From the NCBI GenBank assembly GCA_977030845.1, contig OZ365115.1, positions 5,704,001 to 5,768,000 of the forward strand: a stretch of DNA of 64,000 nt, given 5' to 3'. Within the stretch, counting starts at the first letter, position 1, and the number at the start of each line of letters is the position of its first letter. Below are positions 27,803-40,932 of the stretch, piece by piece. The notes below the pieces were generated by a model, which did not search any database, had not been told where the DNA came from, and was given only the letters and a program-made list of their open reading frames with translations. A program made the position numbers and the translations under genes. The DNA comes from Fimbriosthenelais zetlandica. Taxonomy: Eukaryota.

Positions 27803-27886
27803 GAGCAGGCTGGCTGAGTGGCCTTGGTGGGACAGGTGGCATGGATTGGACCACTACATGCAAAAAGCCCCCTTTTTGGATGACAC
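27803..27886 (+). CDS. Candidate 84-bp internal exon, unknown product
   Basis: Acceptor TTTGCCTTTCAG|G, open frame SRLAEWPWWDRWHGLDHYMQKAPFLDD, donor AC|GTAAAG just before an in-frame stop (phase 2 to 2). Confidence 0.25.
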
Positions 27887-30227
27887 GTAAAGGCCATAAA
27901 GACAGCAAGCGAGGGGGCTATCGGTGATATGTATGTCTCTACCACCCTCTCTCTCCTCAATTAATGAAGATCCCGCTCCTGATATGGAGCCTAATGTAGG
28001 TGGGGAGATTTATCATGAAGGGAACGGGCGAGTAGCTTCCTTAACCTAACCATAAAACTAGCAGCAATTCATGAGGAATGGGAGCGACCTGGAGACATAC
28101 AGCTGACATTATAGGCCATGCGTGCCATTTTCACACCTGTATTCCAACATGAAAATGTACCATCCATATATACATGGTATATTTTCAGTTTTTTCCCTCA
28201 AAAACATTATTTTGAATAATACTATTTTGAACGGATGGCAATTGTCACAGGGGAGCATTAACTTCAAAAGAAATGATCAATAACATTTCCTTAATTATGC
28301 TACACTGTCCTTGCTTTCCGTTTGACCACAATGAAACCTCGTTTTTTTTACGCAAAATCTACCTAATCCGCCAATCTTGTATAATTACAAGATTGGTTGC
28401 CGCATTCTACGTTCCCTCGTGTAATTATGAGATTAGATTCCCCACTTTACGAGGTAATACATTATACGCCCCCCTCATCTTACGATGTAGTTACGTAATA
28501 CAAGATAGGGCCATCGAGGAGTGACTTCCTCCTCCACATCCCTGCCCCACCACCAGTCGAGTGACCACAGACAAGCAAGCAAGTTCTCAAGCGAGGAGAT
28601 AGGCTTCATGTATTCACCAAACCTTGAATACTGTGTAAAATTTGGATAATTTTAGGCACATGTTGGATCTAAGCATATGGCAAACATGTAAGTAACTACC
28701 TCAATTTAATAATATCAGATGTGTGCTTTCACCGGTACATTCATAAGTTCTTTGATTAGAAGTTTAGATTTGTAAAAAAAGAATGTATACATGTGGAGGG
28801 AGTTCAGCTTAACTTGGAAGTTGTTATGGATGCATTTCACACCTATGGTTGTACAATGGTCTTGTCTTATATTAATAATATGTCACTTATTTTTTTATCT
28901 TATAAGGAATTCTCGGAGATGAAGAAACTCGAGAGGGATATAAACAGTGCGAGGACAAAGTGGAGAATTCAGATGAAAGTAGGTATAATGTATTTATTTT
29001 AAGGGTCAGGCAGCAAGTGTCTGGCTATCGGGAGGGCGTGTGTACTCATTTCCCTAAGCTTTTATCCCGTATAGTATTAGAGGGCTTTTAAGCTTGTACT
29101 AAGATTTGGCAAGTTTTGTTAATATAAAGTTACCATCTCTAAAAAATATAGAGTAACAGATAACCGTTTACTAATAAATTAACTTTCCGTATTGATTTTC
29201 TTTTTCAGATCTTCTGCCTCAACATTTATTCATGTGCAGTTGCCTTCTCTTCGCCTCTGTGACAAACCATCTATCTACATCTATCTATTTTCTATATTTA
29301 AGTTCATTAGATCTGTGTCCATATAGATTGGAGGAAGTTTTACTTAATGGATGCGTGATGTTACATACTTATAATTATAACCATAATTATTTACCTTTAT
29401 TGGTCCGGTTTAATTTTACTTGATATATCTCTGTCAAATTACTGGTCATTTTTAAAAGTAACTCCTGAGTGAGCACATGTATACATGTAGTTATAACAAT
29501 TGTAACAAGCCATTGAACCATTGTCTACTAAGCTTACATAATCTCAGTACAATAGCTTTGTTCAAGTTCACACATGGCCGACCTGGACTGGGGGACTGTG
29601 AACAGGGGGAGGGATGGGGGTAGGTGAGACAGTGTGGCGCGGACTTTCCTCCCCTCTCAGACTCGGTGTTTGAACTCGGATTAAATATTGGGTAGCTTAT
29701 CGAGAGAATGAATGTATAATTATGGATTCATTTGTCAGATTTGTAAGGTCGACTTCAGAGGAATTTAAACTTATTGTTACCCAATGGTTTTTCCTTTTAA
29801 ATGACATTTCAATACGAAGAGTTAACACCAAATTAAAACTCAACCATGTGGTTTGCATTTTTTTACTGGTGTCTCAGATATGCTGTTTGCAATATATGTA
29901 TAGGCCTATCGGGTAGTTTAGCATGTGAAAGAGCAATTTAAATTATATTCATCCAATTGTTTTGTGCAGAGGACAACTTCAATAAATATAATTGACTAAA
30001 TACATTTTGTTGACTTTCTCATACCCTTCCATATTCTCATCCTGAAATATTGTACATTATATAATAAACAAAATCTATTTGAAAGAGAAGGGGGATCAAA
30101 TCAAAACACCCATAATTATCAATGAATTAATATTCCATATATTACTGCCTATATATACCATAGAAGCGTGGGAGCTAATAGTATTTATAGCGGCCGCCTG
30201 AGCGCTAGTAGTGCGTCCTTAATCCCC

Positions 30228-30340
30228 TAACTTACGAAGTCACTAACTTACGAAGTCCCACCTTACGATGCGCGGCGCCTTACGATGCGCGGCGCCTTAC
30301 GATGCGCGGCGCCTTACAAAGCGCGGCGCCTTACGAAGCC
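30228..30340. repeat. CpG-rich 17-bp tandem repeat preceded by a CTAACTTACGAAGT doublet
   Basis: CCTTACGATGCGCGGCG at 30261, 30278 and 30295, a variant at 30312 and a partial copy at 30329. Confidence 0.95.
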
Positions 30341-30776
30341 TCTATTCATACGATCATAATCTATACGGAATATGCCATTTTACAAGGATTTAAACTTACG
30401 ATGGATGAAGGAAGAATTACCGAGGTTTCTTCGTTTAAATACACGATCCTTATGGACAGTGTAGCCAAGATGAATGAATTTATAGATTTTCATATTATCT
30501 GAACTGCAGTTCAAAATGAGCTCAAACGTGTATTTACAGCTGCTAAAACATTGCCTTTCTTGCATTGGATATCCTAGATCTAGGGTAGATCTGTTACCCA
30601 ATAGATCTGTTTGTTCACTCATACATTGTAGGCCTAATCCAGTATTTATTGTGAGTTTGATATATAACACCTAATTTCGATAGGTCGGCGATTAATTTAC
30701 ATCACAAAGCCAAACTGTGTCCAATGGGTTGTGTGTAACTCTGCGAGAGAAAGTGGTGGCATTCAAATGTGCTCAC

Positions 30777-31024
30777 CAGACAAACCTTTGTGCAAGTATA
30801 AGCTTTTTGTAGTGAGGGTATAGGCGACATTCTCTCTGTGGGAATTCAGTGTTGGCATTCAGATTCGTGGACAGAATGCGAGGTGTAATGAAGCACAGAG
30901 CAAGCATCTGGAAGCAAGGAAACAGTTCTCTCTGGATCCACCAGGGGGCTGGGGCAATGAAACTCCCTGATTGGCTGGGAAATAAGGAAGCGGAACTGGG
31001 TGACACAGCGACATCTAGCCACGC
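30777..31024 (-). CDS. Candidate 248-bp internal exon, phase-compatible with the exon at 40759-40932
   Basis: Acceptor TTTGTGTCATTTGCAG|G and donor CTG|GTGAGC. The phase-0 frame is open throughout (AWLDVAVSPSS...LILAQRFV), but the peptide resembles no family I recognise. Confidence 0.25.
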
Positions 31025-31569
31025 CTGCAAATGACACAAACTGGCCTGTCGCCCTGTGTCTTGGATCTTGAGTGTCGGAGGGGCTTTTATATCCACAAGG
31101 AAACCAGTAAAATGTGGTACACCTCTCTTTTACCCTCTCTTAAGATCCCCCATGAAGATGGGAGAGAGAACTGATGTCTGTCAGCAAAGGCAAAGACGAC
31201 CAAAGCCTTCTTGTTTGGCCCCTCGAGTTTATGGTAAAACTTTGGGGGACTTTGACTTGGGAATGGACGGAAGGGTGTATACATAAAAAAGACATGTTTT
31301 AAGCAAGCGACATTTCTGTCTACTTGAGACTCAAGGTTATTGCACTTTGAATGCAATTACATTGCCATCATTTTGAGAAAGGATGAAAAGAACTCAATTT
31401 AAAATGATGACATTTCTTCGTGTACGAAGACGTGCCTTTTTGATTGATTAAAATTAAGTTCTGCGTTTTTTTGTCTGGAGATGTGGATGAGAGTTCATTT
31501 GCACATTTTGAATTTAAAACCTCATCAAGGGATTTGAAGTGGACATAAGATGTTTTTGTCCCTGTCTCA

Positions 31570-31720
31570 GAGAGGGGAGGCCCTACGGTAGCGTATAAGG
31601 ACGTTTTATAAGAGCAGATGCATTACATCCCTAAGCAAAGGGCAACTTCAAAGAGAAGTTGCTGCAGTCGACAGATGAATGTCAGCAATTGGAGATCCAT
31701 TTGGAATTATAGCTGAGGGC
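31570..31720 (+). mobile_element. Decayed RTE-like LINE ORF2 C-terminal fragment
   Basis: GGPTVAYKDVL followed by frame-broken segments resembling 'E.AA.DR..WRS' recalls the RTE C-terminal GRPxxRYKDxxK...WRS pattern. Confidence 0.3.
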
Positions 31721-33884
31721 CAAGAATAACATCACAGACATGCCCTTTTATAACCCAGTCCTTACTATATTACTCTTTTCATATACGGAGCAATATGCCA
31801 GCAGTCGTAAAAGTTTACAAACATATGAATGTTCTTTATGATTTCTCTGACAGACAGAAGAACCTTGCCAGTAGCAAAAACAGGAAGATCATTTTGGAAA
31901 CTTGCCGACAAATTTCATGCTTCCTTCTATATGCTCAAACTGTAAAGGGCCTTTGGGGCACGGGCAAGCTACTAGTTTTAGTTTGGTAGAATCTTATCAG
32001 ATACGCGTACATTGAATAAGTTGACAACCTTATGAAGGTGTTTCCCAGGATGATTGATTCAATCTATTTAATATAGAATCATATTGCCAACTAATACACC
32101 TCTGTCATTTCTAAGATCAATCCTGCTCCCTAGATATATACACTAAGAGGACCTTTCTCCTAAACCAATATAGACTGAACAAAAAGATGTCCCCTTGGTT
32201 TTGATATACAACAAACAGTATTTCCGGACTTTGCTATGAGCTGCCTTTTTCTTCCCAAGGTTCTTATACAAAATCAATTGATGTGAATTTAGTGTAGTCA
32301 GAAGCACATCCTGACCAGTCTTTTGGGATGGCCGAGGCAGCTTAAAATCCCTCCCTTTGGTCAAAGCTGCCAGAAAATGGCTGACGTCCGTTCCATCTTT
32401 CCATGCCTCCCTCTTCATAATACAGAATACTCAGCTTCTGTCCGTTGTCTCTACAGGTTGTACAAGACTCATAGATATGTCTAATATTTCCCTTTATACC
32501 TATAATACTGAGTTGTGACTTCAAAAGTTTCCAGATCCATACTTATGAATTCATCACATACTTCAATTTTTATATTCAAGATTAGTATTCTGTGGCCTAT
32601 CAGAATTTATATCTATACTTGTTCAAAAGTTTCAGGCTATCCGAAACATTCAACTTTATGTTTCCATCTACTGCTATTTAAGCTCAGTAAGGAGACCACA
32701 GTCAAGGAGGCTGTTGCAGGAGCGAGATATACTCCTGACAGTAATGTATAGAAACACTATCCTCCTATCAGATATTTCCACTTTAAATAGAACTCCAACT
32801 TGCGTGTCCTGTCTGGCTTCTAGAGACATAGAGACAGGGATAAAATTATACATCAAGACATTGTTAGTAACTGTAGGGTAAAGTACACTCTCCAACATTG
32901 ACAATCATTGTAAGTATTGATCATGATAAGTGCCTCTTTACATCTTCTTCTCAGTGCCTTTGTCTTTGCCTTCCTTGTTTGGTAATGGTTTCTTTGCTTT
33001 AGCTCGGGCTCGGTTGATGGCCTTCCGGGATGAATATAACAGTGAAAGAAGGCCACTTTAGCCAGGTAGTCAGTGTTTATATTGGCCATGTTGGTACAGC
33101 CTCAGTCAATTAGCTTTCCGGTCCATATCAATGGCCACTTTCCTAAAGTCAATCTATGTGGTTAACATTCACCTACAGGACCTTTCTTCTTTCACTTCAA
33201 ATATTATTGAAAATTCCCTCTCTTTATAAATATGTAACATTAATGATATATATATTCCTGGCTGTCTTTCATGACAATGAATAGAATTCTAATACTGATC
33301 CTAATAATGATCATCCTCATCTCCTTTGCATTTCCACCACCAATTTTGATATACAGTATTTGTGCAAACCCAACTCCCCTCCAAAGGAATACATCCAGGT
33401 TGGGAGACCTCGATACCAACATGATACTAAATGTTCATTTTGTACGGCAGTAGTATCAATCATTCGTACCCTCATTCTACCAGCATATAAAGAACCCAAG
33501 TTGACATTTATCATGCCTGCATGTATACAGATTTATGCACGTATCAGGAGTGAATGTACTTCCCCCTGGCCTCCTGTATCCCTCCCGGCTTATAATGGTA
33601 TGGCATGTGTGAATAGGTTAATGATAGGGCTAGGAATACAAGCCTCCCTACTGCATCACCTATCAATATTCACATCTATATGCAATTCAAGGCTTATAAC
33701 TGTGACATAAGAAATGCATACCCTCGCCTCCCCGACTTCACCCCTTACATGCATCAGTTTGTCAGACTGGACAGTTATTATGTGATTTGCATTTACATGT
33801 TCAGGATGGGCAAACATCATCATGGGGAACAGCAAATTCCATTTGAACAAATAACATGTGAGGAATTCATATATGAACAAATAT

Positions 33885-34162
33885 GGTTCGAACCGCGGCC
33901 GGATTCTATACCAAAGACTGAAAAAATGGAACTAGTAGCTCCCTCGCTTGACACTCACCAATAAGAGGATAGTACTAGGAGTGGTCGGTCTGGTATCAGC
34001 ATAATATAATGTGATTGGGTGAGGTATCATGGCTTGTGTCTGCGACATTATACCTCAGTGAGGCACCACTATAAAAGAGCATATATAGGGCTCACTACCT
34101 CAAGTAGGCCTAGGCACTGTCATGATATAAATGAAACTTATGAAAGATTGTTGAACGTGACA
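33885..34162 (+). mobile_element. tRNA-derived SINE, Meta-domain type (copy 2, 5'-truncated)
   Basis: B-box GGTTCGAACC, then ATACCAAAGACTGAAAAAATGGAACTAGTAGCTCCCTCGCTTGACACTCACCAATAAGAGG, later CCTCAGTGAGGCACCACTATAAAA. Aligns with copy 1. Confidence 0.75.
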
Positions 34163-34396
34163 ATCATACACTCACAATGAACAGATATGACACATGGGTT
34201 TTGAATGGGAGCAATATGCCTGGCATTTCATGTGTACTTCTCTTATAGGTATATGTCCTAGTATTGCACTATAAAGGATTTGCCTCAGATTGCACAGGGC
34301 AGAATGCAGTCAATAAATATATGAAGCACAGACTTGGTTCGTCAGAGAAACTCAGCTGATCTGTGGCCGAGACGAAGCCTGGGAGATATAGAAGAT

Positions 34397-34498
34397 CAGG
34401 GGCCTGTTTCAAGACATGTATATTCACTGCAGTAGCTCATTGACTTAGCATTGGTTATATACTGGAGCACTGCTCATTAATTATGAAACAGGCCCCTG
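34397..34498. mobile_element. 102-bp MITE with perfect 15-bp TIRs
   Basis: CAGGGGCCTGTTTCA ... TGAAACAGGCCCCTG. No clear TSD; superfamily not assigned. Confidence 0.7.
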
Positions 34499-37400
34499 GG
34501 TACAATCCAGACCGTCTAGATATAAGCCGACAGATCATTGGATACCCTGACCTAGGGGATGTTTCACAATTAGCTACATTGTCTTAACATTGCCTTATGT
34601 ATATAGCATTTATAATGACACAGGCCCCAGACTTTGACTCAGACACGCTAACGTTCAATATAGAGACAACCCTCTTGGGTACACTTCCCAGTCCCCCATG
34701 TTATATTATGCTCCAGCCTGCTTCTATATTATTATGCAAACATAGATTTATATATAGATCTTATATGGACAGATATGATATATCTATAGGCATCTGAATC
34801 CCAAGTATCGCGGTCTATGTACTGTGGGCTATGACATATGTCAAACCAAACACACCCTTCAACCCGATAAGTTATGGGCCATTTCTTCACCATTCCTGTA
34901 TGAATGATTCCAATAGAAGCATACACATTTCTGTCATTTGCAGGAGAAATCAAGCAAGATTAAATGTTGTTAGATAGGAAATATGCATGGGGTCCCTCAA
35001 TCTCTTCTTTATAATGGCTGCTCCAGCACTTCCGGTTCCTGCTCGGGCCACTTCCGGCTGGACTGAGATCATTATTTCAGTGTAAATTTAAAGGGGATCT
35101 CGCCATCATTTTGGCAGGCTCTCCTGTCATGTGATGGATCTCATAATAAATACATTCATGAGGTAACTTGCAAGTCTCTCCCACATCCTCTGGCAGGCCA
35201 TTGATGTACGTATCAACTGTGACCCTTCTCCCAACAGTTAGGCTGAAGAGCTGCTTCCTTGAAGTGACACTTTAGTGAATATATTATAATACATCTCTTC
35301 AAAATGAGAAACATAATAATATTATGGTGTTGATAATTTATCTAAATAGTTGATCATTAAGCAGGGGGTGGGTTACCTTTTGTTTTCATGGAAAACCCAA
35401 TATTTATTCAGGAGGTACTGCAATATACATCCACAGTCAAATCATAGAACAACAAAGCAAAATTTTGGTGGGAAGATGCTTTTTTGTTCAACATAATTCC
35501 TACTAAGCATTGTACATTTTATGCGTATACAGCAGAATACAAAGTTGATTCTGCATGTCATGTCCAACCTATATAGACAAGTAGAGTTGGACAACACCCA
35601 GCCAGTAGAAAGGCCTAATACCAAAACTTCTGGTGAACGTCTTATATGGTACGCACGTGAGGATGTTCTCTTGTCGAAGGCCAACTGGTACAGCAGCCGA
35701 GACAGTGTTTAAACTTTGAGAGCCACTTGAAGGCTTAGTGCTCCCTCGGGGTTCTGCCTTTTCCTGCCCTTTTTCATGTGGGGAGAACATGTTTTTGGCT
35801 CAGTATTTATGGCCGTGGGGATCTTGGTTGGCTGCTAAATTACTTTTATATCTTGTTCTATAGCTTTTCTACAGCCTTAAGCAACATCCTTATGGTCGTA
35901 TATCTATATGCATACTGTAACAGGTGAAAGATAATGGCCTTCATTAGGTACCCATTACACCTTAGTAGAAGATATTAAATGACTTTAAAGGTTATTTTCG
36001 CAAAATATATCCATCTCAGAGGTATATTAGAACAAATACTTCACAGAAGGTGGAATAAATATGCTTAAAAGACAAGTTTTACGTAGAACTCAGTCCACAA
36101 TATATAATGGGGTCATAGCACAACTATTATAATGTGGTGATGAATGATCCCAATGTCTGTCTGTCTATTAAATATATAACATTGTTGCCATACATTATAG
36201 TCATGATCAAATCACCATGATAAATTATTCCCAACGTTTTCCCAGCGAGTCATCCATTTGTTGCTAACAGCATAAGCAGGTCTGAATCCATAATGACTTA
36301 TGGCCTTAACTGTCAATGGTGAACAGGGATGGGCTAACCATGAATGACATTAAACCATTATCATTAGTCATCGTGCTTGACATTTCAAGGCCTAGGGGAT
36401 ATTATAGCTGATAAAAAAAACCTCCCGGCGATTCCGTACAGCAGAATTATTCTGACATGATGTAACAGTACCCTGACATTAGGGTATATAATATTTTTCT
36501 ATAATATATCACGACATTAGTGAGAACTGCAATGAGAGTAAGTGGAAGTATCACCTATCATATTTTGTATAGTACGTGTATATGTATAAGGGATCCCACG
36601 TTTTTAGGTGGTTTGTGTGGCATTTTTGTCTATAGAAATAGGTATTGCGATATGCCAGTTTACTTATTTCTTTTGACAAATGTATCATTTGTTTGTGGCT
36701 TTTCCCTAAACCTCCCGAAAAAGCTATGAAAATCACCATGGTTTTGGCATGGTTGTGGAAAATCGTGGGATTTGCCATGAAAAAAAATTCATGGAATGGG
36801 ATTTTTACATTTTCGTGAGAACCCTGCATCTGTGCTGCATTAAAATTATAAGGCACATACAGACGTACAGCCAGAACCGGGAACTTCCCTATGTTTGATT
36901 GGATTTAATACAGCATAAACCCGTAAAAGCTTTGTGCTGTTCTGCTTTATATCAGACGTACAACAGCTGTATTCATTCTATAGTCCCAGAGAAAACTCAT
37001 GCATTCAGGGAAAAAGCAATAATTTATACACCTTTGGGGATTGCCTTAAAGCAACCTCATTTTTAGGCATTCAGTCAAAAGTCTGTCCATCATATAGTTC
37101 CCTTTAGACTGAGCCTGGATTCCCTCTGGTGCATCATTTCATGCTTCATTGAGTCTCAGAGAATGGTGTTAAAGGATGGCACTTATGGACCACTCAGGAC
37201 TCTGTATTGCCTACCACAGGGCATCTGGGCGTTCGGTGTATGGTACATTCCATGCAAACAGGAAGAGGTGAAAGCAATGGCTCCTCGGAAAGACTTAAAG
37301 ACATTTCGTTCCAACCGTCCCAGTAAATTTCCCTTTTATTACTTATTATTGCTTTTCTAACTGCATACAATGACCACTTGCTTGTCTGAGGACATATATG

Positions 37401-39964
37401 CCTTGTTATGAGCAATATTTTTCTGCCGTTATACAAATTAGAGGTTGGAACACACCCCTTCACCCATGCCTGGTCACCTGGGTGGCTGGCTGGCTGGCAC
37501 GGGGGAGGTAACCCTCTCCTTCATAAACCAGAGTAGTATAGTCTCTGGCCCCCAGTGGCTGGATTTTGACACAGCACATCTGTCACACTTTAGGTTCATT
37601 GCCTTGCCGGGTGCCTAGGATCAGAGGAGCGGGGGCAGCAGGGATGAAATATTTGACCATGTTCCACTAAAATCGAAGAAGTATTGAGAGTTATGGGGTG
37701 TAGTTGAGGGCTGGGGGCAGATATAGTTTACAACATACAGGCATGAGGGGGGCTGGTGTACATGAAGACCCCGATAGTAAATCTGATGGTATGCCGAAGC
37801 TGCCTAAAACACCTTGGTGTTGGCCTCTCCATCGAAAAAAGCAACAGCTTTAATTTGTCAATGTTGCCCTTTCTGATCAATATTTTACAAAGTGGAGAAG
37901 GATCCACTTTAACCTTTTAGGCACTTTTTTTTTAGTTTCCTATGTTTAGAAGAGTAATGCCAGTTTACTTTAAGGTCAATTGGCACAAATACCACACTAT
38001 TAATTTCACGATCGAGTTAGACTCAAGAGCTTTTATTTTCCACCTATTTTCAAAAATAGTTTAATATTATGAAGCATTAATAATAGATGATTAATTCATA
38101 ACTTAAGATGATCTGAGCAGATAAAAACGATAGCCAATATCCTCTTTAAATTGCCTTTTCAAACATTGAGCCAAACTTGTATAGATGACTGTTGTTGCAT
38201 GGCATTCAACCAACCATATATACCAATTGTGCCGCATGGAACATTACGTGGTCCTCTCTCCAGCAGGATAAAAGTAAATCTGCCTTTTATGGAGGATCAC
38301 TTGTAGGACGGCAGCAGTCATGTCAGAGGTGGTTGAAATGGACACCTACAGTGATGGCGTGCTGGCAAGTAAAGGGATACCACTTTGCTTGGAATTGCAT
38401 GCACTACAAGCAAAGCAACAATGTGGCGAGCAGTCTTTATGGTGGAATAGAGCACGGCATGTGGAAAATACTGCTGTGGAAATGGTCTGTGTATAGGGTA
38501 CTTTAATGTTGAGCTGAAAGGGAATGGTTAAAGGTTGGTTTTAGTATTGAAAGATAGGGAACTGCAGAGACGAGCTGCGTTTAATAACTTCTACTACCAA
38601 TTTTAGATTATATTTAAAGTATGTAAGCCTATCTAGGGATTCAATAGAATGCATATTTGTATGCGTTTAAGATACTGGTATCTAGAACATGATTATAGAA
38701 ATGGCATTTGAACACTAAAAAATAAGACAAAAGTAAATTGGGGTGGATGACCATTTGAAGAGAAACTCCCACCCAAAATATTAGTCTTACTATAGCCTTG
38801 ACCCCAACTGCAGCAGGCATAAGAAAGAAAAGTAATAAATCACGAAAGCTTATCTCTGGAGACTTAGTGAAGAGAAGCAGAAGGGCCAGCTGAGAAGAGC
38901 AGCTCCTTATTACAGCCTTCCTGCAGACAGTATAAGCGTGACTGTGAACTACTCACGCATGAAGCTGTACTCATTCTGGCCCTGCTATTTCCCTGGTGAC
39001 CAATATGTCATGGTTGACTAATTATCACGGGCGTCCGAGCCAAGGGGTCAGCGTCCAGTAGTGCATAATAATGATAGGGAGTGAGCAGCTCAGGATATAT
39101 ATGGTGTGTTGTAGAGTCCAGATTAGAAGCTTCGCCTCCCATGGTTAGAACCAATCGATTCAAATTCTATGCTCTTTGTTAACAATTGCATTCTGAAGTG
39201 TTAGTTCCAGACCAGGTCCGACCACCCTATAGGCCTATAGGTCTACCATCTTACATTTCCTCATGTTCTTTTTTCTTCTTTCCTTCCTTTAATTTTGGTT
39301 GGGCGAAATTCAATTCAAAATTCTCGAATAATTTTCTTGGCCGAAAAGTTATTTGGGGTTGGGAGGCATGCCCCCTAGTACCGAGAACCCTATAATGCTA
39401 ACTTCCGTGCCCACGCATACTCTTTCTATGACTTTTCCTATCCCTGCATCATCTTGCTTTTCGTCATTTCAAGACCTTCCTTTGTCCTTCCTGTTATTAT
39501 AGCCTGCTATTCTAGGGTCTCTTTTCGGTCTGAGGGATTTGATTAATATTCACATGAGCCTATACAACTCGCCTTACTTCATATACTTTATATATAGCTA
39601 CAGATCTCATATATATAGTTATCTTCTGCCTCTTTATAATCCCACAGGTTTCATTATGAGTTTCTGTTCAACAATAGGCACACATGTTGTTTCTTGTGTT
39701 CCCCTATATAAGCAAATGATCTCACCATACACTCTAAGATGATACAACCAAATACCACTCCTATCCATCAACATTTCTGTTATTAAAAGTGCTGTAGACT
39801 ATAGAGCTTGCACCAAAGAGTAGGATATGTAGCTACTTTCTTTATACTACTTACATCAGAAGGGTAATGGCCATTTGCATGAATCTATACATTTATGATT
39901 TGCCTTTCCATGGATTAGAATTTAGATAAGAACAGTTATAAGCACTGCATGGAAACTCACAACA

Positions 39965-40120
39965 AAGGGGTGGGGCCCGGGGGAGGTCCAGGGGGTCAGG
40001 ACCATACCCTCCCCTTCAGATATAATATTTTTAAACAATAGTCTGGAAATACTCCCCCTCCCCTTCCCCACGTTTTCTCAGAACTGACCCTGACCCTTGC
40101 AAAATCCTGTATCTGTCCTG
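39965..40120. mobile_element. Degenerate MITE of the CAGGGGCGGATCCAGG-terminus type (possibly hAT-like)
   Basis: G-rich left part GGAGGTCCAGGGGGTCAGGACC and right end AAAATCCTGTATCTGTCCTG resemble a common invertebrate MITE layout (recollection). Confidence 0.35.
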
Positions 40121-40758
40121 AGAGCCATGGCATTTTATGTCACTGCAGGTTTGGACTGTATGTGTATGGTGCAGCTTTGAAGAAGACCACGACCTTTAGG
40201 TATTAATCTACTATAACTAACAGCTGACATATGGAAGGATGTACAAAGGGTAGTTAATCACGTCTGAGCCGTGGACCAGGTGCGCCAGGTGACATAGATA
40301 TATCCTGCCTAAAGCTTTGTAGTTAAACATCAAACAGACTGTGGATAATAACAGAGTGTACGGCTACTAGTCTTCGATCCAAAAGCAGGATTCAGGACTT
40401 CGGTTGATACATCAAATTATAGATAAAAAGAATATTTTTACATTTAAGGACAAATTCATGACATAAGCTCAAATTTCTTTGCCACACGCTGTACTTTTCA
40501 GTACATGTACCTATAGAGGAGAAAAATGTATATCACATATATGAGCTATTCCAGAGCTACTCAGAGCTATTCCATAGACATCCACTGTTTATAGGCCCTG
40601 CTGAACTCAGGGTTTTGAAATATGCGTTATGGACATTCAAATGTAAACATATTCTGTTGAGATAGTCAAAATTAATTTGATGACTTATACAAGAGAGAAA
40701 TGAAGGTGCACGTGTAGTGAGAGAAGGAGAGACTGGGTCTAACTAAAGCCAGACTTAC

Positions 40759-40932
40759 CTCCTCCTGTTTGGTTCGTGGTGGGCGCCTGCTGCCTCTGCT
40801 TCCATCAGCTCGAGCACTGCTCTGCCTACTTGTCGTCTGCTTGTCCAAATTCCCACCACCATCCACGTAAACAATCAAAATGACTAAAAGACACCATATC
40901 ACGTTCCCCCTGGTCATTTCATATCCTGCCAT
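40759..40932 (-). CDS. First coding exon of an unidentified secreted or membrane protein
   Basis: AACATGG start context. 58 codons: MAGYEMTRGNVIWCLLVILIVYVDGGGNLDKQTTSRQSSARADGSRGSRRPPRTKQEE, with hydrophobic core VIWCLLVILIVYV and small residues after it (signal-peptide-like). Consensus donor GAG|GTAAGT (phase 0). A pyrimidine tract and CAG acceptor sit 9 nt upstream of the ATG (exon start 40941). Confidence 0.7.

Noticed and set aside
36700-36826. CATG(A/G)AAA-rich segment ending GAGAACCCTG, like a hAT MITE right end
   Set aside because: No matching left TIR or 8-bp TSD found, so it was not listed as a feature.
37160-37325. Frame HLGVRCMVHSMQTGRGESNGSSERL, faintly like an LTR integrase core
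   Set aside because: Too few conserved positions (no YHPQ-like motif); no LTRs or other pol domains in the vicinity.
40100-40200. 51-bp exon-like segment FGLYVYGAALKKTTTF on plus
   Set aside because: Too short to distinguish from chance, the donor is weak (GTATTA), and it has no linked exons.
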